Notes: generated from the letters alone by a model not told the origin. 32,000 nt of DNA from Sedimentisphaera cyanobacteriorum (GCF_001997385.1 NZ_CP019633.1:1140001-1172000), one strand, 5' to 3'; shown: positions 1 through 9,334, counted from the stretch's first letter. Made by a program: numbers and translations.

Positions 1-281
1 TGGGTTTCGCTCTGAGCTTCAATCTCATTTACTGGTATTCGAAGCTTGGCGAAATTCATCTTTTCAGCGCTGTATGTTATCACTCTGTATCTAATCTGAG
101 ACTGATTTCTCTGCTTGGGCTTAACATCAGCTGGGGTTTTCATTCGTGAGAAGTCTGTTATTTTCAGGCCTTCGTAATAGCCGGCCTGCCCTGCTTTCAT
201 ACTCGGCATATTGCAGCCTGCAAGACCCGCCGAGATAAAAAAGGCAATCGATAAATGGATTAAGGCTTTATATATTCTCAT
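1..281 (-). CDS. Putative lipoprotein (N-terminal 93 codons; 3' end lies beyond the window)
   Basis: Not in the supplied ORF track because no stop falls in the window. The reverse-strand ATG at 279-281 gives MRIYKALIHLSIAFFISAGLAGCNMPSMKAG..., a hydrophobic segment followed by the lipobox L-A-G-C. It starts 26 nt downstream of the scpA stop on the same strand. Confidence 0.5.
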   Translation of the reverse strand, partial: MRIYKALIHLSIAFFISAGLAGCNMPSMKAGQAGYYEGLKITDFSRMKTPADVKPKQRNQSQIRYRVITYSAEKMNFAKLRIPVNEIEAQSET

Positions 282-307
282 ATTTCAACAAGCCGCCCAT
301 AAAAAGG

Positions 308-1114
308 CTATTGCTCTGCTGCTTGGATTTCTTCATTTTCTGCGCCTGTGATGATATTGCTCACCGCCTGTTCGGCAGGTTCATCGGTTAGTGCTCTGAT
401 GTAAATAATATCAGTGCTCTCAGACTGCTCCGCCCATACCAGCGCATCGCGTATCAGTTCGAGAAGAGCCAGAAACATACCCGCCATAGACAGCCTGCTG
501 GTACGTCCGTCGAATATGTGTTCAAAAGTAAGGGGGCCTTCCTGCTGGAGCCTGCCGAGAATTTCCACTTCATACTCGTCTATCGGTGTTTCATCCTTTA
601 TCAGGCTGTAGTCTCTGTATCGTCCAGTGGCCTTGAGAAGAGAATCGAAGGTTTCCAGAAGCGTCCAAACGCTCACCTCTTCAAGATCGAGCTCACGCTC
701 CTCGTCTGAGGGCTGGAGGCGCTTTATGAACGTATCGGGGCGTTTATGCTTGCCCAAATGCTCCTGAGCTCTTGTTTCGAGGATATTTGCTGCATCCTTG
801 AACCTCTTATACTCCAAAAGCTGCTTTACGAGCTTGTTTCTCGGGTCTTCCTCTTCGCCCCCTTCCTCTTCCGGAACGGTTTTAGGAAGAAGCATAGCTG
901 ATTTGATCTCCATAAGCGTTGCAGCCATAACAAGAAAATCGCCTGCAAGGTCGGTATCCAGCTTTTCAAGCATCTCCACATAATGCAGATACTGCTCTGT
1001 AACCTCTCTGATGGGTATGTCATAGATATCAACCTCATCCTTCTTTACAAGATAAAGAAGCAGGTCCATCGGACCGGTAAAGATATTTTCAAGCTCTATG
1101 TGATACTCAGCCAT
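308..1114 (-). CDS. scpA: Segregation and condensation protein A (kleisin ScpA)
   Basis: 268-aa ORF. The N-terminal signature FTGPMDLLLYLVKKDEVDIYDIPI matches the ScpA pattern F-x-GP-x-DLLL...DI-x-DIPI. It has an acidic central linker and a winged-helix-like C-terminus. Confidence 0.85.
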   Translation of the reverse strand: MAEYHIELENIFTGPMDLLLYLVKKDEVDIYDIPIREVTEQYLHYVEMLEKLDTDLAGDFLVMAATLMEIKSAMLLPKTVPEEEGGEEEDPRNKLVKQLLEYKRFKDAANILETRAQEHLGKHKRPDTFIKRLQPSDEERELDLEEVSVWTLLETFDSLLKATGRYRDYSLIKDETPIDEYEVEILGRLQQEGPLTFEHIFDGRTSRLSMAGMFLALLELIRDALVWAEQSESTDIIYIRALTDEPAEQAVSNIITGAENEEIQAAEQ

Positions 1115-1126
1115 AATTCAATTCTT

Positions 1127-2254
1127 TTAAGTTTCCAGCATGGAATAATCAAAACCGCTGAGCTCTATCATCTTATCAGGCATCTCAGGGGTTTGAGTTT
1201 TGCAGGATAAATATGCCGCCTCTATAACTGCCATAGTGTTTATAAGACCTCTTTCCCTTGTGTTTACCGCAGCAGATTTTTCGGCAGCATCATCATCAAT
1301 TTCAGCAGATTTCAGCAGTTTATGCACCACCCGCAGATTTTCCTCAATAGCCTGCTCACGAGAGGCTTCTGCGCTGGTCAGCTCTATCTCACTGCCGCTG
1401 ATATCGGTAATGCGGAAGATTTCAGGGCCTGCTGATATTTTCATATCGGGCAGATAAATGTCAATACGTTCTTTATGGGCAAACTCATTCCTTGCTGCGC
1501 AGAGCGTGCAGCCGAGTGTTTCGCTGAATTTAACTGTCATTGAAATGCAATCTTCTGTAACCATATTCCTCTGAACAATATCGCCTGCCATATTGCTTTT
1601 CAGTGCATACACCGTTTCAGGCAGAGAGAAAAGCTCCACAAGGATATTTATAACAGAAAAGCAATTTCGCAGAAGCACTCCCCCGCCTGCAAGTTCGGGG
1701 TCTTTGAGCCAGTGGCTTTCCTGCTCACTGCTGCCTGAGGGGAAAAAGCCTCTTGCCTCTATAAGACAAACCTTTTTCTTTAACTCTTTGTTTTCCGAAA
1801 AAAATTCCAGCAGTCTGCGGTATCCCGGATAATTTCGAAAAGGGCTTGTAGAGAAATAGAAGGCGTTATTATTCTGTGCTTCGCTTATGATGTTCGCTGC
1901 CTGCGAGAGAGAGAAAAACGGAGGCATCGTTCTCACCACAGAAAGCCCCTTCTGGAAAGCAAGCGTAATTATGCCTTCATGCGGGGCATGCTGGGAGGCA
2001 GCAAGCAGAAGCTCCGCTCCGCAGGACAGGATCATCTGCCTCGGGTCGTCGTAATACCGGCAGCCGTACATATCCGCAGTGTTTTCAGCAAGCTCTTTAT
2101 TCCTGCCTCCGAGCCCTGCAATCTCAAACTCCGGCATCCGGCTTACAATCTCAATCAGCCTCAAACCGGGCTCTGATGTACCAAGAAAGGCTGCACGAAG
2201 CCTTCCTTTGTTAATACTGCTTTTGCCCTGCCCCATCGAAATATTCCGATTCAA
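1127..2254 (-). CDS. Gfo/Idh/MocA-like protein with degenerate cofactor motifs
   Basis: 375-aa ORF. The spacing of hydrophobic and Gly elements resembles the Gfo/Idh/MocA N-terminal Rossmann domain (RAAFLGTSEPG..., ELLLAASQHAPHEG). GxGxxG is replaced by GTSEPG and EKP by RTMPP. The TTG start at 2254 overlaps the upstream stop (TTGA); an alternative ATG lies at 2236. Confidence 0.45.
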   Translation of the reverse strand: MNRNISMGQGKSSINKGRLRAAFLGTSEPGLRLIEIVSRMPEFEIAGLGGRNKELAENTADMYGCRYYDDPRQMILSCGAELLLAASQHAPHEGIITLAFQKGLSVVRTMPPFFSLSQAANIISEAQNNNAFYFSTSPFRNYPGYRRLLEFFSENKELKKKVCLIEARGFFPSGSSEQESHWLKDPELAGGGVLLRNCFSVINILVELFSLPETVYALKSNMAGDIVQRNMVTEDCISMTVKFSETLGCTLCAARNEFAHKERIDIYLPDMKISAGPEIFRITDISGSEIELTSAEASREQAIEENLRVVHKLLKSAEIDDDAAEKSAAVNTRERGLINTMAVIEAAYLSCKTQTPEMPDKMIELSGFDYSMLET

Positions 2255-2673
2255 AGATTAACTGTTTTATTGTCGTCTTCGTTCTTCTCAGACATCGAAT
2301 AATCGTTATCCTGACGGGAATGGTTTACGCCGAGCTTCTGCTGATAGAGATTATACACATCGTCTGCTGTGAGCCCTAAGCAATGGCAGAGGCTTATCCA
2401 GAAAAACAGCATATCTGTAACTTCCACTCTGGCATTCTGCAAATCGTGGATCTCAAACCTTCTGCCTTCTTTGGCCTCTTTGCACCAGTGCTTCCAATAG
2501 GTGCAGTCTCTAAGCTCCTCAATCTCGCTGGACATTGCAGCTAGATAATTATTGAGCCACTCGCCGCTTTCCTTCAGATCCATATTTTCTCGAACTTTAT
2601 GAGCATCGAAACCGACTCTTTTGTTGAGTTCCGCCTGCTTTTCGAACAATTCCCTTAGCATTTGTTTCTCCAT
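2251..2673 (-). CDS. Dimeric (all-alpha) dUTPase-like NTP pyrophosphohydrolase
   Basis: The track ORF 2251..2763 overlaps glyA by 49 nt, so I prefer the ATG at 2671-2673 (MEKQMLRELFEKQAELNKR...). The pattern W..Y..A...E..E...WK.W...E..D.L.F resembles the dUTPase_2/dimeric dUTPase family. This is from memory with no HMM run. Confidence 0.55.
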   Translation of the reverse strand: MEKQMLRELFEKQAELNKRVGFDAHKVRENMDLKESGEWLNNYLAAMSSEIEELRDCTYWKHWCKEAKEGRRFEIHDLQNARVEVTDMLFFWISLCHCLGLTADDVYNLYQQKLGVNHSRQDNDYSMSEKNEDDNKTVNL

Positions 2674-2684
2674 ATAAACGGGAA

Positions 2685-2704
2685 GCCCGCCCCGAAAGGC
2701 GGGC
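2685..2704 (-). terminator. GC-rich hairpin between glyA and the dUTPase-like gene (possible attenuator or partial terminator)
   Basis: Stem gcccgcc (2685-2691) pairs with ggcgggc (2698-2704) around a 6-nt loop. On the minus strand it is followed by TTCCCGTTTAT, an imperfect U-tract. It lies 10 nt after the glyA stop. Confidence 0.4.
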
Positions 2705-2714
2705 ATTAAACTTC

Positions 2715-3965
2715 CTATTCTTCTGAATGAATAAACGACTTCGGCAAAGGGAACCGGCTGCAAAAAAACCTAACTCTCTTGCCGATTCTGTCTATCGCCT
2801 GCAGGTCTTCTAAATTATCTGCTGTATCGTTTATCATCTCGGCAATCTCGGCCATATCAGATTCCTTCATCCCGCGGGTAGTAACAGCGGGCGTTCCGAT
2901 TCTTACGCCGCTGGGATTGAAAGGAGGTGCTGGGTCGTTGGGAACTGTATTGCAGTTTGTAACAATACCCGCCCTGTCCAGAGCCTTGGCCATCTTCTTG
3001 CCCGAGATATTCTTGCTCCGCATATCGAGCAGAAGAAGATGATTATCTGTCCCGCCGCTTACGAGCTTAAATCCGAATTCCTGGAGCTTCTCGCCGAGAG
3101 CCTGTGCATTCTTCACTACCTGATGTGCGTATTCCTTGAACGATTCTGTGCCCGCTTCCTTCATCGCTACAGCAATCCCCGAGATAGTGTGCATATGCGG
3201 GCCGCCCTGCATACCGGGGAATACCGCTTTGTCTATCGCCTTTGCAAACTCTTCTTTGCACATAATCAAAGCACCTCTCGGTCCTCTGAGGGATTTGTGG
3301 GTGGTAGTGGTTACAACATCAGCAGCTTCCATCGGGCTTTCATGCGCCCCGCCCGCTACAAGGCCGGCTATATGGGCAATATCGCATACAAGATAAGCAT
3401 CAACCTGATCGGCTATCTCTCTGAAAGCCTTGAAGTCTATTTTTCTTGGGTATGCCGATGTCCCTGCGATAAGTATTTTCGGCTTGTTTTCCTTAGCAAT
3501 CTCGGCTATCTGGTCGTAGTCGAACAGATCAGTATCATAATTAACCGGATACTGAACCGACTTAAATACCTTGCCTGTAGCGCTTACCTTCCAGCCGTGA
3601 GTAAGATGGCCGCCGTCGGGAAGGGAAAGCCCCATTATTGTATCTCCCGGGTCTGCAAGGGCGAGATAGGCTGCCATATTTGCAATCGAGCCCGAATAAG
3701 ACTGCACATTCACGTGCTGAGCCCGGAAAACATCCCCGGCTCTCTGCTTTGCAAGGTCTTCAATCAGATCAGTAACCTGCTGACCTTCATAATACCTTTT
3801 GTTCGGATAGCCCTCTGCATACTTGTTTGTCAGGCAGCTTCCAGTAGCCTGCATAACATTCTGAGATACATAGTTCTCAGAAGGAATCAAACGTATTGTC
3901 GATGCCTGTCTGGCTTCTTCCTGTTTAATAAGTTCATTGACCTGAGGGTCATAATATTTCAGCAT
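2715..3965 (-). CDS. glyA: Serine hydroxymethyltransferase
   Basis: 416 aa. It carries canonical SHMT blocks: LIPSENYVS, TNKYAEGYPNKRYYEG, and the PLP-lysine block VVTTTTHKSLRGPRG. An RBS GGAGAG lies upstream of the ATG at 3965. Confidence 0.96.
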   Translation of the reverse strand: MLKYYDPQVNELIKQEEARQASTIRLIPSENYVSQNVMQATGSCLTNKYAEGYPNKRYYEGQQVTDLIEDLAKQRAGDVFRAQHVNVQSYSGSIANMAAYLALADPGDTIMGLSLPDGGHLTHGWKVSATGKVFKSVQYPVNYDTDLFDYDQIAEIAKENKPKILIAGTSAYPRKIDFKAFREIADQVDAYLVCDIAHIAGLVAGGAHESPMEAADVVTTTTHKSLRGPRGALIMCKEEFAKAIDKAVFPGMQGGPHMHTISGIAVAMKEAGTESFKEYAHQVVKNAQALGEKLQEFGFKLVSGGTDNHLLLLDMRSKNISGKKMAKALDRAGIVTNCNTVPNDPAPPFNPSGVRIGTPAVTTRGMKESDMAEIAEMINDTADNLEDLQAIDRIGKRVRFFCSRFPLPKSFIHSEE

Positions 3966-4074
3966 TATTAAATCTCTCCATTAAACTTAAGTTAAGACTA
4001 GAAAATGTGAAAATCGGAATAATTTACCGTTGTTCGTATTATATTCGCCGCTGAACACCTTCGGCAGGGCGAAC

Positions 4075-4103
4075 CTTATAACAAACTCGCCGCTGTTGGG
4101 CAA
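4075..4103 (-). promoter_or_regulatory. Candidate sigma70-type promoter for glyA
   Basis: Minus strand reads TTGCCC (4103-4098), a 17-nt spacer, then TATAAG (4080-4075). This would give a leader of about 105 nt. Confidence 0.3.
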
Positions 4104-4111
4104 GTATTTTA

Positions 4112-4141
4112 TTGACAACATTATAATCAAAACTCTATAAT
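4112..4141 (+). promoter_or_regulatory. Candidate sigma70-type promoter for the TPR gene
   Basis: TTGACA (4112-4117), an 18-nt spacer, then TATAAT (4136-4141). It is divergent from the glyA candidate promoter. Confidence 0.4.
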
Positions 4142-4238
4142 GTGAAACCTAAAATAATCAGCCTGAGCCGTGTGGAACTTTTTATCAGCTGTTTTGCCGG
4201 CAGGGATTCTTTTTTTTATACTTTTAGAAGAGCTTTTT

Positions 4239-5633
4239 ATGGTTGAAAACAACGATAAAAGAACTGCTGAAAGCGCCAGAGCATTTTTCAACCGCGCTGA
4301 GGAAGTAGCATCTGTGGATAATTACGATTATGCTGTGGAGCTTTATATCGAGGGGATCAGAAGATGGCCGGAAGCAGTTGAAGAAGGGCACAAGCCGCTG
4401 AGAAAGCTCGCCCTGCTCAGGCAGGCAGACGGCGGTAAAAAGCCCGGAATAAAAGAACGCTTTTCTAAAACCAGTTTCAAAGACCCGGTGGAGGAGCTCA
4501 CTCACGCTGAATATCTTTTCTCGAAAGACCCCGAAAATGTCGGATATGCAGAGATGATTGTTAAAGCCGCCCGAAAAGGCGGGTTTAAAGAGATTTTGGA
4601 GTGGATAAGCAAGCTGCTTCTCTATATCATAAAAAACAAAGAGAAACGCCCCTTTTCAACGCTGATGCTTCTAAAAGAGGCTTTCTCCTCGATAGAACAT
4701 TACCAAGAGGCAGTTTTTGCGTGTCAGCTTGCAAAACAGGCAAAACCCGGAGATATGAGCCTTGATGACGAGATAAAAAACCTTATGGCTAAGCAGACGA
4801 TCCAGAAAGTCCGCTATGATACGGGGGACGACTACCGCAAAGCCGTGCAGGATATGGACAAGCAGGAAGAGCTCCAGCAGAAGGATGCAGTTCATAAAAC
4901 CGACAGCTACAGAACAAAAGAGGTTCAGCAGCTCGAAGAAAGACTGAAACAGAGCCCCGATTCACAGAATCTAAGGCTCGAATATGCAAAAAAAGCTGCC
5001 CAGCTTGAAGACCCGAAGCTCTTTATGGAAGTTTGCAAAAAGCTTAATGACTGGCACAAAGAAACCAGAGACTTTGCCTATCAGCGGGCTCTCGGGGAAA
5101 TAATCATCCGAGACCTCAAAGCAAAAATCAGATACACCAAAAGCGATATCGAAACACACGGGAAAAGTGAGAAGAATACGGCACGGCTCAAAGACCTTGC
5201 CCATAAACTCTCCGAAGCTGAGCTCCAGCACTACAGCGGCTGCGTTGAAAACTATCCTACAGAAGCAAACTACAAATTTGAGCTCGCTGTTCGTCTTATG
5301 CAGAAAAAGAAATACGACGAGGCCATCCCGCTGTTTCAGAAATCAAGGAACAGGCCTTCTCTTAGAATATCCTCGCTCAATATGCTCGGTATGTGCTTTT
5401 TCAACAAAGGCTGGTATGCCGATGCTGTTGACATATTTGAAGAAGCGCTCAAACAGCATACAAGCGACTATGACGATATATACAAAGAGCTCAGATACAA
5501 CCTTGCGAGAGCCCTCGAACACGACCGCAGATACCAGCAGGCATACAATATCTACAGAAAGCTCGCCCAGCTGGATTATTCATACAGGGATATTTCCGCA
5601 AGGGTGAACAGGCTCAGGGCTCAGCTTGAATAG
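4239..5633 (+). CDS. Tetratricopeptide-repeat protein
   Basis: The track ORF starts at a GTG at 4170; I prefer the ATG at 4239 (MVENNDKRTAE...). TPR-like helical repeats occur at both ends (YDYAVELYIEGIRRWPE; YDEAIPLFQKS; WYADAVDIFEEAL; YQQAYNIYRKLAQLD), with a coiled-coil-like middle. Confidence 0.7.
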   Translation: MVENNDKRTAESARAFFNRAEEVASVDNYDYAVELYIEGIRRWPEAVEEGHKPLRKLALLRQADGGKKPGIKERFSKTSFKDPVEELTHAEYLFSKDPENVGYAEMIVKAARKGGFKEILEWISKLLLYIIKNKEKRPFSTLMLLKEAFSSIEHYQEAVFACQLAKQAKPGDMSLDDEIKNLMAKQTIQKVRYDTGDDYRKAVQDMDKQEELQQKDAVHKTDSYRTKEVQQLEERLKQSPDSQNLRLEYAKKAAQLEDPKLFMEVCKKLNDWHKETRDFAYQRALGEIIIRDLKAKIRYTKSDIETHGKSEKNTARLKDLAHKLSEAELQHYSGCVENYPTEANYKFELAVRLMQKKKYDEAIPLFQKSRNRPSLRISSLNMLGMCFFNKGWYADAVDIFEEALKQHTSDYDDIYKELRYNLARALEHDRRYQQAYNIYRKLAQLDYSYRDISARVNRLRAQLE

Positions 5634-5760
5634 CGATTGAAGCTAAAGCCAGTACAGGGCAAATTCTAAGGCAATTGCCAAACCTTACTCCTCAAGGCTA
5701 TCTATATCACTTGGAAGCATTAATAAGCTGTTTTAGTTTTTATTTCTTTAAAGGTTTACT

Positions 5761-8067
5761 ATGAGGCAAAGTATTTCTCTGATTACCCTGATTGCTGCTG
5801 CGAGCATAGCCGCTAGCGCTCTTGACTTGTACAAAAAGGCGGATGAAAGCATAACAAATCGCGGCAGAGGCCTTGTTTTTACTGATTCGGTAAACCCGAA
5901 CTGGATACACGGTTCAAGCAGTTTCTGGTACAAGAGGAATGTGCCTGAAGGCAGTGAATATTTATTGGTTTGTCCGGATAAGAAGCTTCGCAAAAGGGCC
6001 TTCAGCCATAAAGACCTTGCGGAGAAATTAAGCAGGGCTTTAGGCAAGAAATATTCACCTCTCAAGCTCCCTTTTAATAAGGTCTTATTCTCTAAAGATT
6101 TGAGGCAAGTAAGCTTGGAGGCGGAAGGCAAAAAATTCACCTACACCCTTGAAGATTCAAACTTGAAACAAGTTGACAGCGAGAATAACAAGCCGAAAAA
6201 TAAGGCAGAAAACAAAAATGCAAAACCACGGAAACAGTTAGGTAAAGTTTCTCCAAACGGCAAATGGCGGGCGTTCAGGAAAAATCATAATCTCTGGTTC
6301 GAAAATATGGAAACAGGGAAGGAATTTGCGGCAACGCAGGATGGGAAGCTGCTGAATGCATACGCCTCAAGCGTTCCCGCACCTCAGAAAATCAGCGATG
6401 AAGATTTTCTCAGGGGAGGCGAATCAATCAAAACAAATTTCACAGGCGCTTGGAGCCCGGACTCAAAATACTTCGCCTGCCATAAGGTAAATCTGGAAGG
6501 CTGCGGCTTGCTTCATCTTCTGAAAAATGCCCCGAAAAATTCAGCAAGACCTGAGCTTTATTCCTATGTTTACCCGATGGGGGCTGATGAAAACGTCCCT
6601 GAATGCAGTCCTTACGTATTCTGCCCTTCGAATAAGACGGGGGAAAAATGCGATGTAAAGCCAATTTACAGGCTCTACTACGGCGGCGCTGCGGGCATCA
6701 GCTGGGACCGAGATTCTCAAACCTTCACATATCTCTGGCGTGCAAGGGGATATAAACAGGCCAAACTCATTGAGATAAACGCTGAAACCGCTAAGCCTCG
6801 AACTATTATCTCGGAAAAAACTGATACCACCCTGCCGCCAATGTATCGGGAAATTTATAAGCTGAAAACGAAACCGGAAATCTTATGGACAAGCGAGCAG
6901 AAAGGCTGGAATCAGCTTTATAATGTAAACAGAGACACGGGAGAGGCAAAGCTTCTCACTCCTGCCCCGTTTTTCACGAAGAAAATCTACTTCGTAAACG
7001 AAAAGCAGCGTTTTGCAGTAATAGCGGGAGCTGCCAGCGAAGAAGGCGACCCATACTACAGGTACATATACAAGGTGAATCTGGACGGAAAGGGCATAAA
7101 ACTGCTTACGCCCGGGCTTGGCAATCATAAAGTGAAATTCGGGCCTCGGCACAAATACTTTATTGATTCAGTGAGCACAGTGGAATGCCCTCCTGAAATT
7201 TGCCTGAGGAATATGGAAGGGGAAAAAGTTCTCGAACTTGAAAAGGCGGATATCAGCCAACTTCTTGAGACGGGCTGGGAGCCTCCTGTTAAATTCAAGA
7301 CAAAGGCCGCTGACGGAGAAACTGATATTTACGGCAATCTCTTTCTGCCCAAAAATAAAAAGCCCCAAAAGGCCTATCCGGTGCTTGAGCATGTTTACAC
7401 AGGCCCGCACAGCTACTACACAAGGAAACATTTCCGCCCTTGGTGCTGGGAAGAGGTTTACACGAAGCTTGGGTTTGCGGTAATTCGGGTTGACCCGCGC
7501 GGAACAGGCTGCAGAAGCAAAAAATTCCACGACTACTCCTACAAAAATCTCGGCGAAAGCGGCATAGACGACCGCATAGCTGCAATAAAACAGATGGCTA
7601 AAAAATATCCCTGCATTGATGCCTCGAGGGTTGGCTGTTTCGGGGGCAGCGCCGGGGGATACGATGCAGCAAGAGCCCTCCTGATACGTCCTGAATTCTA
7701 TTCCGCTGCGGTAGCTGTATCCGGCAATCACGACCACCGCAACGACAAAGCATGGTGGGCAGAAGCTTGGATGAGCTATCCGGACGAAGGGCAATATAAA
7801 GCCCAGTCCAACATAACAGCAGCAAAAAATCTTGAGGGAAATCTGCTTCTGATTCATGGCGATATGGATAAAAACGTTCATATCAGCGCAAGTTTCCAGC
7901 TCGCTGAGGCACTGATCAAAGCCAATAAGAATTTTGATTTTATTCCGGCAGTTAATTCCGGCCACGGCTGCCCGGAGCTGTACTACGAACGCCGCAGATG
8001 GGATTATTTCATCAAGCATCTTAAAGGGCTTCAGCCGCCTGAAGAATATAATATTGGAAAAAAATAA
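5761..8067 (+). CDS. S9 family serine peptidase (DPP-IV/prolyl oligopeptidase-like)
   Basis: 768 aa with a signal-like N-terminus and a long beta-propeller-type region. The C-terminal alpha/beta hydrolase carries the nucleophile motif GGSAGGY, the Asp in HGDMDKNV and the His in NSGHG. Confidence 0.85.
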   Translation: MRQSISLITLIAAASIAASALDLYKKADESITNRGRGLVFTDSVNPNWIHGSSSFWYKRNVPEGSEYLLVCPDKKLRKRAFSHKDLAEKLSRALGKKYSPLKLPFNKVLFSKDLRQVSLEAEGKKFTYTLEDSNLKQVDSENNKPKNKAENKNAKPRKQLGKVSPNGKWRAFRKNHNLWFENMETGKEFAATQDGKLLNAYASSVPAPQKISDEDFLRGGESIKTNFTGAWSPDSKYFACHKVNLEGCGLLHLLKNAPKNSARPELYSYVYPMGADENVPECSPYVFCPSNKTGEKCDVKPIYRLYYGGAAGISWDRDSQTFTYLWRARGYKQAKLIEINAETAKPRTIISEKTDTTLPPMYREIYKLKTKPEILWTSEQKGWNQLYNVNRDTGEAKLLTPAPFFTKKIYFVNEKQRFAVIAGAASEEGDPYYRYIYKVNLDGKGIKLLTPGLGNHKVKFGPRHKYFIDSVSTVECPPEICLRNMEGEKVLELEKADISQLLETGWEPPVKFKTKAADGETDIYGNLFLPKNKKPQKAYPVLEHVYTGPHSYYTRKHFRPWCWEEVYTKLGFAVIRVDPRGTGCRSKKFHDYSYKNLGESGIDDRIAAIKQMAKKYPCIDASRVGCFGGSAGGYDAARALLIRPEFYSAAVAVSGNHDHRNDKAWWAEAWMSYPDEGQYKAQSNITAAKNLEGNLLLIHGDMDKNVHISASFQLAEALIKANKNFDFIPAVNSGHGCPELYYERRRWDYFIKHLKGLQPPEEYNIGKK

Positions 8068-8076
8068 ACCGTAACA

Positions 8077-8110
8077 GCACATCTATTGTAAATGTGCGTA
8101 TTGCTTTTTA
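8077..8110 (+). terminator. Weak intrinsic terminator candidate after the S9 peptidase
   Basis: Stem gcacat (8077-8082) pairs with atgtgc (8092-8097), followed by gtattgcttttt. Confidence 0.3.
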
Positions 8111-8190
8111 GTAATAATACTTGCCCTTTAGCTTTATATATTCAAAATAGGGGCATTAAAGAGAGCAATTTAAGCATTTGGAGAAGTTAT

Positions 8191-8640
8191 ATGGCAGAAG
8201 CCGGAAAAATTAATACAACAATCCTGCTTGTTGAAGATAACCCGGGCGATCAGAAGCTGTTCAGTAAATCTTTGCAGATGAAGGAGATTGATTCGGAGGT
8301 TGTAACAGTTGGCACAGGCGAGGAGGCTGTCGAATATTTCAAATCAGCAGGTGGAGACATAAATTTCATCAGGCCGGATCTGATAATTCTCGATTTGAAT
8401 ATGCCCGGGATGGGCGGAAAGGCATTTCTCAAGCAGTTCAAAAAGATGGAAGATTTTAATGATATTCCGGTTGTTGTGCTTACCACCTCCGATTCGGATA
8501 TAGATATCGTTGAAAGCTATAAGCTTCAGGCCGCAGGATATATCAAAAAGCCGGTTTCGCTTAAGGGATTTCTGGATGTAATCTCTACGCTCGAGCAATA
8601 CTGGATGGGCATTTGCAGACTGCCCGGAAGAGACTCCTGA
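8191..8640 (+). CDS. Stand-alone receiver-domain response regulator (CheY-like, no output domain)
   Basis: ATG at 8191 is preceded by GGAGAAG. ILLVEDNPGD, the phospho-acceptor context LIILDLNMPGMGG, VVVLTTS and GYIKKP are standard REC motifs. Confidence 0.85.
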   Translation: MAEAGKINTTILLVEDNPGDQKLFSKSLQMKEIDSEVVTVGTGEEAVEYFKSAGGDINFIRPDLIILDLNMPGMGGKAFLKQFKKMEDFNDIPVVVLTTSDSDIDIVESYKLQAAGYIKKPVSLKGFLDVISTLEQYWMGICRLPGRDS

Positions 8641-8700
8641 ATGAGATTTGTGTTATAATTGCAGCAATAAAAGACTTTAATTTTGCAGACAGTTATTTAA

Positions 8701-9249
8701 ATGAATTCCTGTTCCAAAAACCCCTGCCCGCATATTGACCAAGGCATCCTCCAGAGCTTTGATTTCTCAGCAGACCGGCGCAGCAGAATTCTTATCCTCG
8801 GGTCTATGCCCGGCGGCGAATCGCTAAAGCAGCGGCAGTATTATGCCCACCATAAAAACCTTTTCTGGCATTTTATGGGGATATTCTTCGCGGCAGGCTG
8901 GCAGCTGCCCTACCCCAAAAGGCTTGAAAAGCTTAGAGACAGCGGTGTGGCGTTGTGGGACGCTGCCCAAAGCTGCCTGAGAGAAGGCAGCCTCGACAGC
9001 AATATCAAAGAAGCCCAGCCAAACGATTTTTCCAGCCTTATTGAAACTGCTCCAAATATCCACACTGTTTTCTTTAACGGGCGGAAGGCCGCTGAGCTTT
9101 TCAGAAAACTTGCCGCACCTGAATTTCCGCAAATTCAGAGAATTGAGCAAATCACCCTGCCATCAACCAGCCCTGCTAACGCATCTATCCCCTACGACAA
9201 TAAACTCTCCGCTTGGCGTGAGGTTCTAAAGGCTGCCGAGAAGTTTTAA
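8701..9249 (+). CDS. DNA-deoxyinosine glycosylase / UDG-superfamily (family 6-like) enzyme
   Basis: 182 aa. ILILGSMPGGESLKQRQYYAHHKNLFW and the C-terminal LPSTSPAN match my memory of hypoxanthine-DNA glycosylase (UDG family 6) motifs. Confidence 0.65.
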   Translation: MNSCSKNPCPHIDQGILQSFDFSADRRSRILILGSMPGGESLKQRQYYAHHKNLFWHFMGIFFAAGWQLPYPKRLEKLRDSGVALWDAAQSCLREGSLDSNIKEAQPNDFSSLIETAPNIHTVFFNGRKAAELFRKLAAPEFPQIQRIEQITLPSTSPANASIPYDNKLSAWREVLKAAEKF

Positions 9250-9334
9250 TATTAATATTCACCGGAAAGTAAGCTTTGATTCAGAGTAGAGTCAGTTTCT
9301 AACCCCGCTGAATACTTTTTGGAATACTCTAAAA

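Noticed and set aside
1-307. Absence of scpB immediately downstream of scpA
   Set aside because: The downstream gene is a lipoprotein, but scpB may lie elsewhere or beyond the window. This cannot be evaluated from the fragment.
3039-3971. 310-aa plus-strand ORF
   Set aside because: It is entirely antisense to glyA, whose SHMT identity is unambiguous. The translation is Cys/Arg/Phe/Leu-rich with no motifs, so it is a shadow ORF.
3966-4110. Possible riboswitch (ZTP/THF-type) in the glyA leader
   Set aside because: A small imperfect hairpin exists (about 4047-4072), but I could not match any conserved riboswitch core sequence by eye. This is insufficient evidence.
5670-5679. 10-bp perfect palindrome GGCAATTGCC upstream of the S9 peptidase gene
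   Set aside because: It is a single short palindrome with no partner site or recognisable operator architecture, which is compatible with chance.
7168-8082. 304-aa minus-strand ORF
   Set aside because: It is antisense to the catalytic domain of the S9 peptidase and has a low-complexity, Cys/Phe-rich translation. It is a shadow ORF.
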